A program made the translations under genes and the position numbers. The notes beneath the pieces are model-generated. The model was given only the letters and a program-made list of their open reading frames with translations, made no database searches and was not told where the DNA came from. A stretch of DNA of 64,000 nucleotides, taken from assembly GCA_963837945.1 (NCBI GenBank), contig CAWIQD010000009.1:64529-128528 (forward strand). Reading direction: 5' to 3'. The stretch is from an uncultured Acidobacteriota bacterium. GTDB lineage: Bacteria > Acidobacteriota > Thermoanaerobaculia > Multivoradales > DATKCC01. Positions 9,431 to 17,873 of this stretch are shown here, piece after piece (within the stretch, counting starts at the first letter, position 1; the number at the start of each line of letters is the position of its first letter).

Positions 9431-11125
9431 ATGAGCCCGAGAGCCTTCCTCGCGTCCTGCCTCCTCGTCCTCCTCGCCCTGCCGGCGGCCGCCGCCACCG
9501 GTCCGGGGCCCCGCTTCGTCGACGTCACGGCGGCGAGCGGCGTGGACTTCACCCACCAGACCGGCGGCTTCGGCAAGAAGTGGCTGCCCGAGACCATGGG
9601 CTCGGGCGTCGTCCTGCTCGACGCCAACGGCGACGGCCGCCTGGACATCCTGTTCTTGAACGGCCACAGCTTCCCCGGGCAGGCCAAGTCGCCGGGCAAG
9701 GACGCGACCCAGAAGCTGTTCCTGAACCGGGGCGGGCTCAAGTTCGAGGACGCCACGAAGAAGGCGGGGCTCGATCTCTCCGCCTACTGCCTGGGGGGCG
9801 CGGCCGGCGACGTCGACAACGACGGGGACACCGACCTCTACCTCTCCTGCCTGGGGACCGACCACCTGCTGCGCAACGACGGCGGCCACTTCACCGACGT
9901 CTCGAAGCAGGCCGGCCTCTCGCGCGTCGCCGAGTTCGGGGTCTCGGTCGCCATGCTCGACGCCGACCACGACGGCGACCTCGACATCTACGCCACCCGT
10001 TACGTCACCTGGACGCCCGACACGGACCTCTTCTGCACCCTCGACGGCGAGTCCAAGGCCTTCTGCACCCCGGAGTCCTACCCCGGCGCCTCGCCCCGCT
10101 TCTACCGCAACAAGGGCGACGGCACCTTCGAGGACGCGACCAAGCAGGCCGGCCTCTTCAAGCCGACCGCCAAGTCCCTGGGGGTCGCCGTGCTCGACCT
10201 GGACGGCGACGGCTGGGAGGACCTGGCGGTGGCCAACGACACGCAGCCCAACCTGCTCTACCGCAACCGGGGCGACGGCACCTTCGAGGAGATCGGCGTC
10301 GCCTCGGGCATGGCGTTCTCGGAGACCGGAGTCGCCCGCGGCGGCATGGGGATCGACGCCGCCGACTACGACCGGAGCGGCCGTCCCTCGCTGGTGATCG
10401 GCAACTTCGCCAACGAGATGGCCGCCCTCTACCGCAACGAGGGCAACCAGCTCTTCGTCGACGTGGCGCCGGTCTCGGAGCTCGGGCGCAAGACGCTCCT
10501 CACCCTGACCTTCAGCGCCTTCTACTTCGACTACGACCTCGACGGCTGGCTCGACCTGTTCCTGGCCAACGGCCACCTCGACCCGGACATCGAGCAGGTC
10601 CAGCCGCGCGTCCTCTACGCCCAGCCCTCGCAGCTCTTCCACAACGCCGGCAAGGGCAAGTTCGAGGCCGCTCCCGAGGCGACGGTGCACGACCTCGAGC
10701 GCCCGCGGGTGGCGCGCGGCGCGGCCTACGGCGACCTCGACGGCGACGGCGACCTCGACCTGGTGGTGACCGCCAACGGCGGCAAGGCGGCGCTCTTCGA
10801 GAACCGGGGACCGGGCCAGGGCAACTGGCTGCGCCTCGCCCTGCGGGGCACCCGGAGCGACCGGGACGGCGTCGGGGCCCGGATCGAGCTGACCGCCGGC
10901 GGCGGCACGCAGCGCTGGCTGGTGCGGACCGGCGGAAGCTACCTCTCCCAGTCCCAGGTGGCGCCGGTCTTCGGCCTGGGCGCCGCGAGCCGCGCCGACA
11001 AGGTGGTCGTCCGGTGGCCGTCGGGAACGGTCCAGACGTTGACCGACGTGCAGGCCAACCAGGTCCTCGAGGTGGTGGAGCCCGAGGCGGCGAAGCCGGC
11101 TCCCGCGGCCAAGGCGACCCGCTAG
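9431..11125 (+). CDS. CRTAC1 family protein (FG-GAP/VCBS repeats + ASPIC/UnbV domain), secreted
   Basis: Signal peptide. Repeated DxDGDGxxD FG-GAP/VCBS calcium-binding motifs. C-terminal WLRLALRGTRSDRDGVGARIELTAGGGTQRWLVRTGGSYLSQSQ is the ASPIC/UnbV signature. Confidence 0.8.
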   Translation: MSPRAFLASCLLVLLALPAAAATGPGPRFVDVTAASGVDFTHQTGGFGKKWLPETMGSGVVLLDANGDGRLDILFLNGHSFPGQAKSPGKDATQKLFLNRGGLKFEDATKKAGLDLSAYCLGGAAGDVDNDGDTDLYLSCLGTDHLLRNDGGHFTDVSKQAGLSRVAEFGVSVAMLDADHDGDLDIYATRYVTWTPDTDLFCTLDGESKAFCTPESYPGASPRFYRNKGDGTFEDATKQAGLFKPTAKSLGVAVLDLDGDGWEDLAVANDTQPNLLYRNRGDGTFEEIGVASGMAFSETGVARGGMGIDAADYDRSGRPSLVIGNFANEMAALYRNEGNQLFVDVAPVSELGRKTLLTLTFSAFYFDYDLDGWLDLFLANGHLDPDIEQVQPRVLYAQPSQLFHNAGKGKFEAAPEATVHDLERPRVARGAAYGDLDGDGDLDLVVTANGGKAALFENRGPGQGNWLRLALRGTRSDRDGVGARIELTAGGGTQRWLVRTGGSYLSQSQVAPVFGLGAASRADKVVVRWPSGTVQTLTDVQANQVLEVVEPEAAKPAPAAKATR

Positions 11126-11142
11126 ACCGAAACCGCACAGAT

Positions 11143-11222
11143 CTCGCGCAGAGCCGCAGAGGCGCAGGGGCGCGGCTCTTCCCGTCGGTCGCCCTACTCT
11201 GCGTCTCTGCGCCTCTGCGCGA
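11143..11222. repeat. palindromic element of (g/c)cgcagag heptad repeats (family 2), hairpin-forming
   Basis: tctcgcgcagagccgcagaggcgcag ... ctgcgtctctgcgcctctgcgcgag are inverted arms with a 30-bp spacer. The same arms recur at 60848-61053. Confidence 0.5.
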
Positions 11223-11330
11223 GCACTTCGGATCGTACGGCGCAGGATGAAAGCTTCCGCTACTCGCCGTGCTGCCAGCAGAAGCGCGAGCCCGGCTGCG
11301 CCTCGCGGCCGCAGCGCCGGCCGCTCTTCG

Positions 11331-11537
11331 TCACGGCCTCGCACTGCGCATCCGTTGCCGCGGAGCGGCGGGCGGCTCGGGAGCGGCCGGGGCCGGCCCG
11401 GCGGCCTCCGCCTGCGGGCCACTCTCCTCTTCGGCTCTCAGGAGTCCGTAGGCCAGGGCGCCGAGGCCGAGCGCGCCGAGGAGAAGGCAGAGCTTCCTCA
11501 GGAAACGATTCATGGCGCGCTGATTGTAGCCTGCCAC
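11331..11537 (-). CDS. small hypothetical secreted/membrane protein (68 aa)
   Basis: MNRFLRKLCLLLGALGLGALAYGLL signal-peptide-like N-terminus. Sits alone in the intergenic gap. Weak support. Confidence 0.25.
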   Translation of the reverse strand: MAGYNQRAMNRFLRKLCLLLGALGLGALAYGLLRAEEESGPQAEAAGPAPAAPEPPAAPRQRMRSARP

Positions 11538-11541
11538 CGGC

Positions 11542-12615
11542 TCACACGCGCATCAGGACCGAGCCCCAGTGGAGGCCTGCCCCGAGGGCGGTGAAAGCGA
11601 CCAGCGAGCCGGGCGGAGCCTTCCCCTCGAGGCGCGCCTCGTGGAAGGCGAGCGGCAGGGTGGCCGAGGTCGTGTTGCCGTACTTCTGGATGTTGTTGAA
11701 GACCTTCTCCTCGGGCAGCGCCAGGGCCTTGCGCGAGGCTTCGTTGATCCGCAGATTGGCCTGGTGCATGACCAGCAGGTCGAGGTCCTCGATGCCGTAG
11801 CCCTGCGCCGCCAGGACCTCCAGCGTCACCTCCGGCATGCGCGAGACCGCCAGCTTGAAGACCTGGCGGCCGTCCATCACCGGCACCGTCTCCCCCTTGG
11901 CCACCATCTCGCTGGTGACGAAGGGGCGCCGGGCCGAGCCGCCTCCGGGCACGTAGAGGATGTCCTTGTGGCTGCCGTCGGCGTAGAGGCGCGACGCGAG
12001 GATGCCCCGGCCGTCCGCCTCCTCGGCGGCACGGAAGACCATGGCGCCGGCGGCGTCGCCGAACAGGACCAGCAGGTGGCGGAACTGCGAGTTCCAGGCG
12101 AATTCCTCCTCGGAGAGGGCGTCGTCGCCGTCGCCCATCAGCACCTCCCAGGTCCGCTCGGAGAACGGCATCAGCGAGGTGTGGACGTCGGTGCCGATCA
12201 GCAGGACGGTCCGCGCCGTGCCGCTCCCGATCAGGGCGTCGACGGTCTGGAGGCCATAGGCGAAGCCGGCGCACTGCTGCCGGATGTCCAGGACCGGCAG
12301 GGCGTCGATCCCCAGGCGCTCCTGGACGAGCGGGCCGGAGCCGGGGAAGTAGTGGTCCGGGGTCATGGTGGCGAGCACCATGTAGTCGATCTCGCCGGGC
12401 TCCACCCCGGCGTCCTCGAGGGCGGCGCGGGCGGCCTGGGCGCCCAGGTCGGCCGAGCCCGTGCCGGGCTCCACGAAGTAGCGGGTGACGATGCCGCTGC
12501 GCTCCTGGATCCACTCGTCGTCGGTGTCGACGATCCGGGCGAGCCGGTGATTGTCGACGCGGATCGGGGGCACGGCGATCCCGCTGCCGGCGAAGACGGC
12601 TCGAAGTCGGCTCAT
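11542..12615 (-). CDS. 3-oxoacyl-ACP synthase III (FabH-like KAS III family)
   Basis: Thiolase-fold with QQCAGFAYGL active-site Cys region, HQAN and GNTTSATLPLAF motifs typical of FabH-like condensing enzymes. Confidence 0.8.
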   Translation of the reverse strand: MSRLRAVFAGSGIAVPPIRVDNHRLARIVDTDDEWIQERSGIVTRYFVEPGTGSADLGAQAARAALEDAGVEPGEIDYMVLATMTPDHYFPGSGPLVQERLGIDALPVLDIRQQCAGFAYGLQTVDALIGSGTARTVLLIGTDVHTSLMPFSERTWEVLMGDGDDALSEEEFAWNSQFRHLLVLFGDAAGAMVFRAAEEADGRGILASRLYADGSHKDILYVPGGGSARRPFVTSEMVAKGETVPVMDGRQVFKLAVSRMPEVTLEVLAAQGYGIEDLDLLVMHQANLRINEASRKALALPEEKVFNNIQKYGNTTSATLPLAFHEARLEGKAPPGSLVAFTALGAGLHWGSVLMRV

Positions 12616-12652
12616 GATCGGTTTCCTCTGCCTGCCGGACTCGAAGTGCCGC

Positions 12653-13258
12653 TCAGCGCGGAGGCGGGACGGCCCGCCGGGCGCCGGGCTGGTAGAAGGT
12701 GGTCACGCCCCCCTGCTCGTGGAACCAGTAGAAGTGCTCGGGGCGGCGCCCGTCGAGCCCCGCCGGGGCGTCCTCCGCGTAGGTCCAGACCTCGACCGCC
12801 GAGCCGTCGCGCGGCGCGACCTCGTAGGAGACCTTCGCGGGCTCGCCGTAGAGCACGTAGATCGTGCCGCGGGCGGTGCGGCGGCCGAGGACGCCGCCCT
12901 CGCCGTACAGGCGATCGGCGTCGGCGGCCCGGCGCTCGAGCTCGAGGCGCACCGGGTTGCCGGGCTCGGCGGGATCGGGGTCCCGCCGGCTCCAGAAGGT
13001 CTCGATGAAGTCGCCGGCCGCGAAGTCGTCCGTGAGGTGCGAGTAGGCCTCGATCTCCGCGGGCGTCGCGATCCGGGCGACCGGGCCCACCAGCCAGCCC
13101 GCGTAGTCCGGGCCGAGCGCGGTGTTGACCAGGTCGCCGGGGCGGGCCGACGGCGCGCGGGTCGCGCCGCTGCCGCAGGCCGCGAGAGAGAGCAACGCGC
13201 CGGCGACCAGAGCGAGACCGGCGCTTCGGGAGGCCGCCCGGGAGCGCCGGTCAACCAC
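12653..13258 (-). CDS. GWxTD domain-containing lipoprotein
   Basis: Lipobox-like LSLAACGS, then YAGWLVGP...ETFWSRRDPDP region matching the GWxTD domain. Confidence 0.55.
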   Translation of the reverse strand: MVDRRSRAASRSAGLALVAGALLSLAACGSGATRAPSARPGDLVNTALGPDYAGWLVGPVARIATPAEIEAYSHLTDDFAAGDFIETFWSRRDPDPAEPGNPVRLELERRAADADRLYGEGGVLGRRTARGTIYVLYGEPAKVSYEVAPRDGSAVEVWTYAEDAPAGLDGRRPEHFYWFHEQGGVTTFYQPGARRAVPPPR

Positions 13259-13868
13259 GGCGCAGCAGGTCCAGGAACTCTTCCCGGACCTCCTTGCGGT
13301 AGAAGGTGCCGCGAATCGCCGAGGTCACGGTGACCGCCCCCGGCTTTTTGACCCCCCGCATCTCGACGCACAGGTGGCGGGCCTCGACAACCACCATCGC
13401 TCCGAGGGGGTTGAGCTGGTCCTGGAGGAAGCCGACCACCTGCTCGGTGAGCCGCTCCTGGAGCTGCGGGCGCTTGGCGTAGAACTCCACGATCCGCGCC
13501 ATCTTCGACAGGCCGATGATCCGGTCTCTCGGGATGTAGCCGATGTGGGCGTGGCCGTAGAAGGGGACCAGGTGGTGGGCGCACATGGAGTAGAAGGGGA
13601 TCTCCTTCTCGATCACCATGCCGCTGTACCCCTCCTCGTTCGGGAAGGTAGTGACGTTCGGCTCGGAGCCCTCGAGCAGGCCGTGGAACATCTCGAGGTA
13701 CATCTTCGCCACTCGCAGGTCGGTCCCCTGGAGGTTGGGATCGGCCAGGTCCAGGCCGAGGTCCTCCAGGAGGCCCCGGACGTGGCCGGCCAGGCGCAGA
13801 GCCCGCGCGCGGTTCTCCGGGTCGAGGTCGTCGAGCTCCGCGGGCGGGGTGTCGAGTTCGAGGGTCAT
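13251..13868 (-). CDS. folE: GTP cyclohydrolase I
   Basis: FYSMCAHHLVPFYGHAHIGYIP and C-terminal RHLCVEMRGV...TVTSAIRGTF are canonical FolE motifs. Confidence 0.85.
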   Translation of the reverse strand: MTLELDTPPAELDDLDPENRARALRLAGHVRGLLEDLGLDLADPNLQGTDLRVAKMYLEMFHGLLEGSEPNVTTFPNEEGYSGMVIEKEIPFYSMCAHHLVPFYGHAHIGYIPRDRIIGLSKMARIVEFYAKRPQLQERLTEQVVGFLQDQLNPLGAMVVVEARHLCVEMRGVKKPGAVTVTSAIRGTFYRKEVREEFLDLLRRG

Positions 13869-13963
13869 GGGAGCCGTAGTCTACAATGGCGCGCCGTGTC
13901 CCATCGGGTGCCCCTCGCTCCCCTCCCCGCGGCGGGCGACGATTGGTTCTACAATAGCCCGCC

Positions 13964-15193
13964 GTGTCCGCCCGGCTCCCTCCCGACGTCCTCGACCCGC
14001 GCTTCTACGACCGTCTCGGCGAGGTTCCCGAGGCGCTGTTCGACGACCACCTCTACTGGAGCGTCGAGCTGTTGGAGCGCTACGCCCGGGAGTGGGCCCT
14101 CGAGATCGCCGCCCGTTTGGGCCTGCCGGCGGCTCTCGCCACGGCTCCGGAAGGCGGCGCCACCGCCCGCGACCTGGTCGTGGAGCTCGGCCTCGTCCCG
14201 AGCTTCGCCTACCCTCTCTCCTGGGTGCTCGAGCAGCTCGCGGCGCTCGGCGAGATCGACGCCGCCGGCCGGCCCGGCGATCCGGACCGGCGGCGGTTCC
14301 GGGCCTCCGGCACGCCGCGCGCCGCCCGCCGCGAGCCGATCCGCGAGGCGGTGCTCGCCCACGGACCGGACAACGCGCCGTTCGTCGAGCTGCTGGACGC
14401 CGCGGGCGAGGCCTGGCCGCAGGTCGCGCGCGGCGAGGCGCGCGGCGAGGACCTGCTGCTGTCGCCGGGCAGGATCGGCTCGTGGGTGCGCTACTTCGCG
14501 AACGACAACCCGGTCTACGCCCTCAACAACCGCCTGGCCGCGGTCGCCGCCGCCCACCGGCTGCCGCCGGCGGGAGGGTTCCGGCTGCTCGAGGTGGGGG
14601 CCGGAGCGGGAAGCGGCAGCGTCGCGCTGCTCGAGGCGCTCGAAGCCGGCGGCCTCCTGGGCCACCTGGAGGAGTACCGGCTCACCGAGCCCGCCCCGAT
14701 GCTCCGCCGGAGGGCGACGCGGACCGTCACCGGGCGCTGGCCGACCGTGCCGCTCCAGGAAGGGGCGCTCGACATCGACCGTCCCTGGTCGCAGGAGGTC
14801 GAGCCCGAGAGCGTCGACCTGGTGTTCGGGGTCAACGTGTTCCACGTCGCGGTCGACCTGGAGCGGGCCCTCCGCGAGGCGCTCCGGACGTTGCGGCCGG
14901 GAGGCCGGCTGGTGCTCGGCGAGTGTCTGCGACCCTTCCCGGGCCAGCCGGTGGCGGCGGAGATGACCTTCTTACCCCTCGAGGGCTTCCGCGACGTCCA
15001 CCTCGATCCGGACCTCCGTCCCCATCCCGGCTTCCTCACCCCCGAGCTGTGGCTGGCGAACCTGGAGCGGGCCGGGTTCGCCGAGCTCGAGGTGGTGCCC
15101 GACGTCCGCGCGCTGCGCGAGATCTATCCGCGGGCCGCCGCCGGCGCGATCTGCGGCCGGCGGCCTCGTGCCCCCGGTACAATCACTGCATGA
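13964..15193 (+). CDS. class I SAM-dependent methyltransferase
   Basis: LLEVGAGAGSGSVALLEAL (motif I), LVFGVNVFH (motif II-like) and RPGGRLVLGE (post-II) in a ~400 aa ORF. Confidence 0.55.
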   Translation: MSARLPPDVLDPRFYDRLGEVPEALFDDHLYWSVELLERYAREWALEIAARLGLPAALATAPEGGATARDLVVELGLVPSFAYPLSWVLEQLAALGEIDAAGRPGDPDRRRFRASGTPRAARREPIREAVLAHGPDNAPFVELLDAAGEAWPQVARGEARGEDLLLSPGRIGSWVRYFANDNPVYALNNRLAAVAAAHRLPPAGGFRLLEVGAGAGSGSVALLEALEAGGLLGHLEEYRLTEPAPMLRRRATRTVTGRWPTVPLQEGALDIDRPWSQEVEPESVDLVFGVNVFHVAVDLERALREALRTLRPGGRLVLGECLRPFPGQPVAAEMTFLPLEGFRDVHLDPDLRPHPGFLTPELWLANLERAGFAELEVVPDVRALREIYPRAAAGAICGRRPRAPGTITA

Positions 15194-15230
15194 GCCTTCG
15201 GGACGCACGAGACGAAAGGAACCGACCGAC

Positions 15231-15464
15231 ATGAGCCACCACCTGAGCATCGAGTACTGCACCGCTTGAAACTACCGCCCCCGGGCCGCCGGTCTGGCGG
15301 ACTCGATCCAGCGGCGTTTCGACCTCGAGGCCGACCTCGTCAAGGGGCGGGGCGGCGTCTTCGAGGTGACCTTCGACGGCGAGACCCTGTTCTCGAAGAA
15401 GGAGACCGGACGCTTTCCGCAGCCGGACGAGGTGGAGACGGCGCTCGGCGAGAGGCTGGGTTGA
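15231..15464 (+). CDS. SelW/Rdx-family selenoprotein (CxxU motif; in-frame TGA at 15267-15269 decoded as selenocysteine)
   Basis: MSHHLSIEYCTA-U-NYRPRAAGLADSIQRRFDLEADLVKGRGGVFEVTFDGETLFSKKETGRFPQPDEVETALGERLG. The YCxxU...RA...GGVFEV..G..lfSKKetGrFP pattern is the SelW/SelT/Rdx fold. AAAGGAA sits 10 nt upstream of the ATG. A GC-rich hairpin with GGUCU loop lies 17 nt after the UGA. selB is 2.4 kb away. Confidence 0.7.
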
Positions 15465-15530
15465 TCGCATCGCCCCCGCACCCTCGATCCCTCTCCCGAA
15501 GCCTTGCTTGGCCCGAGGGATCCGCCGGCG

Positions 15531-16661
15531 TCAGGGCGTGAGCTCGAGGGCGGCGAGGAAGCGTTCCGCGACCCGCTGCCAGTCGTAGCCTTCGGCCCGG
15601 CGGCGGCCGGCCGCGCCGAAGCGGTGCCGGAGCTCGGCGTCGTCCAGCAGGCGCACCAGGGCCGCGGCCAGCGCCTCCGGATCGCGCGGCGGCACCAGGA
15701 GGCCGGCCTCGCCGTCCGGCACCAGCTCGGGCACCGCCCCGGCGGCCGCAGCCACCACCGGCAGCCCGGCGGCCATCGCCTCCAGGAAGGCGATGCCGAA
15801 CCCCTCCTGGAGGCTGGGCAGGCAGAAGAGGTCGGCCGCGAAGTACTCCCGGCGCACCTGCCGTTCGTCGGGCACCTCGCCGAGGAACCGGACCGCACCG
15901 TCGAGCCCCAGGGCCCGGGCACGGGCGACGAGCGACGGCAGCTCCGGACCGCCGCCGACGATCCGCACCCGCACCCCGGGATGGCGCCGGAAGACGGCCG
16001 GGAGAGCCGCGAGTAGCGTCGCCGTGTCCTTGCGCCGGTACTGGCGCGCCACGCTCAGGATGACCGGCCCCCCGGCTCCTACGCCGCCCGTGCCCTCGCC
16101 GGCGGCGACCTCGTCCACCGCCTCCGGCCGCCACTCGGCGAGGCGGATGCCTTCCGGGACCACGAGGAGGCGGCCGGGCTCGACCCCGTAGGCGGCCGCC
16201 GCCGCCCGGCGGCAGTACTCGCTGGTCACCACCACCCGGTCGGCACGCCGGGCGTTGCGCCCTTCCAGCCGCGCGAGGAGGCCGAGGGTGAGGCCGGGAG
16301 CTCCCCGCTCGTGGCGCCTCTCCTCGGCCGCGACGCCCTTGAGGGAGACGATCCTCGCCGGCCGCTCGCCGGCGGCGCCCGGCGGCGCCAGGAAGCAGCC
16401 GTCGAGGTCGAAACCGACCACCGCGTCGACCGGACCGAGCCGGGCGAGCGCGCCCGCCAGGCGCCGTCGCAGGCCGAGGTTGAAGGCCAGGCGCCGAGCC
16501 AGGCTGAGCGGGCGGCCTCGGTCGTTTCCGCCGGGCGCGATCCAGGTGACCCGGCACCCGAGCGCTTCGAGCCCTTGGCCCAGCCCGGAGATCGCGGCCG
16601 CGGTGCCGGTGCCCTTCTCGGGGGCGAGGGTCCAGGAGTTGAGGAAGAGGAGGTGGCTCAT
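15531..16661 (-). CDS. glycosyltransferase family 4
   Basis: GT-B fold. C-terminal CLPSLQEGFGIAFLEAMAAGLPVVAAAAGAVPELV with EX7E-like motif typical of GT4. Confidence 0.8.
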   Translation of the reverse strand: MSHLLFLNSWTLAPEKGTGTAAAISGLGQGLEALGCRVTWIAPGGNDRGRPLSLARRLAFNLGLRRRLAGALARLGPVDAVVGFDLDGCFLAPPGAAGERPARIVSLKGVAAEERRHERGAPGLTLGLLARLEGRNARRADRVVVTSEYCRRAAAAAYGVEPGRLLVVPEGIRLAEWRPEAVDEVAAGEGTGGVGAGGPVILSVARQYRRKDTATLLAALPAVFRRHPGVRVRIVGGGPELPSLVARARALGLDGAVRFLGEVPDERQVRREYFAADLFCLPSLQEGFGIAFLEAMAAGLPVVAAAAGAVPELVPDGEAGLLVPPRDPEALAAALVRLLDDAELRHRFGAAGRRRAEGYDWQRVAERFLAALELTP

Positions 16662-16671
16662 CGGCTGCCGG

Positions 16672-16850
16672 AGCCTGGACTATTCATCAGGCGCCGTAGC
16701 GAGAGGCGCAAGTGTGTGTGAGATCAGGGCGCACGTAGCGATAAGCGACGCAGGCGTACTGGACAGTACGTCGAAGAGCGAAGAGCGAGTACGCCCTGAG
16801 ATCGCGTGCAATTGCGCCTCGTAGTAGGTGGCTCGGGAATAGTCCAGGCT
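16672..16850. mobile_element. MITE-like element, ~179 bp, bounded by 14-bp perfect terminal inverted repeats AGCCTGGACTATTC / GAATAGTCCAGGCT
   Basis: TIRs at 16672-16685 and 16837-16850. Lower-GC interior with internal palindrome CGTACTG-GA-CAGTACG. No ORF. Confidence 0.4.
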
Positions 16851-17358
16851 AGCCGGCCGGCCCGACGCCGGCCCGGTACGCGCAGCTCTGCCCCGCGGTC
16901 TCCTCCACCTCGACGGTCAGGACCTCGACCGGCGTCTCGGCGAGCGCGGGAGCGATCTGGTCCCAGAGCACCCGTGCGAGGAGCTCGATCGAGACGTTCT
17001 CGAGCGGCAGAAACACCACGTCGTCGGCCGGGAAGCGGTAGGTCCTGCCGTCGAAGCTCACCTCCACGGCGCCTTCCGACGGGCGCACCTCGAGACGGCT
17101 CTCGCGGCCGGCCCGATCGGGGATGAGCGTGCGCTCGTCGAGTGCCCGGCAGGAGCTGCGGATCCGGTCCTTGACGGCCGCGACGTCCACCAGCAGGCCG
17201 ACCTCGTCCAGGCGAGGGCCGGCGAGCAGCACGCGCACCCGGTAGTTGTGCCCGTGGAGGAGCTCCGCGCGACCGCCCGGGAAGAGGGTGAAGTGGGCCG
17301 CCGAGAACTTGAAGTCCTCCTTGGCCAGCCGGATCTCGAAGCAGGGAACCTGGGCCAT
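16849..17358 (-). CDS. queD: 6-carboxy-5,6,7,8-tetrahydropterin synthase / 6-pyruvoyl-tetrahydropterin synthase family
   Basis: FSAAHFTL...HGHNYRV motif (zinc-binding His triad region) characteristic of QueD/PTPS. folE is nearby. Confidence 0.8.
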   Translation of the reverse strand: MAQVPCFEIRLAKEDFKFSAAHFTLFPGGRAELLHGHNYRVRVLLAGPRLDEVGLLVDVAAVKDRIRSSCRALDERTLIPDRAGRESRLEVRPSEGAVEVSFDGRTYRFPADDVVFLPLENVSIELLARVLWDQIAPALAETPVEVLTVEVEETAGQSCAYRAGVGPAG

Positions 17359-17417
17359 CGCCCCGCGATTCTACGAGACGGGAGGGCGGCCTTCCTCTCC
17401 CGCCTATAATCCCTGCC

Positions 17418-17873
17418 ATGGCCGAGACACCGCAGCAACGCATCGAGTCGGACCTCAGGACCGCGATGAAGGCCCGGCAGAGCGAGCGGGTCGGCAACCT
17501 GCGCATGCTCCTCGCCGAGCTCAAGAACGAGCGGATCCGGCGTGGCCAGGAGGTCGACGAGAGCGGCTTTCTCGCCCTGCTGCGCCGGGGGATCAAGCAG
17601 CGCCAGGAGGCGGCCGAGCAGTTCGAGAAGGGCGCCCGGCCCGAGCAGGCGGCCAAGGAGCGCCGCGAGGCCGCGGAGCTCGAGGCCTACCTGCCCGCCG
17701 CGCCGAGCGACGACGAGATCCGCTCCGCCGTCGAGGCCTTCGTCGCCGAGCACGGCCTCTCGGGCCCCGCGGCGATGGGCCAGGTGATGCCGGCCATGAT
17801 CGAGCGCTTCTCCGGCCGCGCCGACAACGCCGCCCTCAGCCGGATCGCCCGCGACGTCCTGCAGGGGCGATGA
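17418..17873 (+). CDS. GatB/YqeY domain-containing protein
   Basis: RIESDLRTAMKARQSERVGNLRMLLAELKNERI...EAAELEAYLP...HGLSGPAAMGQVMPAMIERFSGRADNAALSRIARDVL matches the YqeY family. Confidence 0.75.
   Translation: MAETPQQRIESDLRTAMKARQSERVGNLRMLLAELKNERIRRGQEVDESGFLALLRRGIKQRQEAAEQFEKGARPEQAAKERREAAELEAYLPAAPSDDEIRSAVEAFVAEHGLSGPAAMGQVMPAMIERFSGRADNAALSRIARDVLQGR

Noticed and set aside
6292-11422. 856-aa and 889-aa minus-strand ORFs and the 1582-aa plus ORF extension (9358-11250) over the cytochrome/CRTAC1 region
   Set aside because: Antisense or frameshifted continuation of real genes with extreme Arg/Gly/Pro bias. The 1582-aa ORF is the cytochrome-TPR gene running on in the wrong frame after the ~8850 frameshift.
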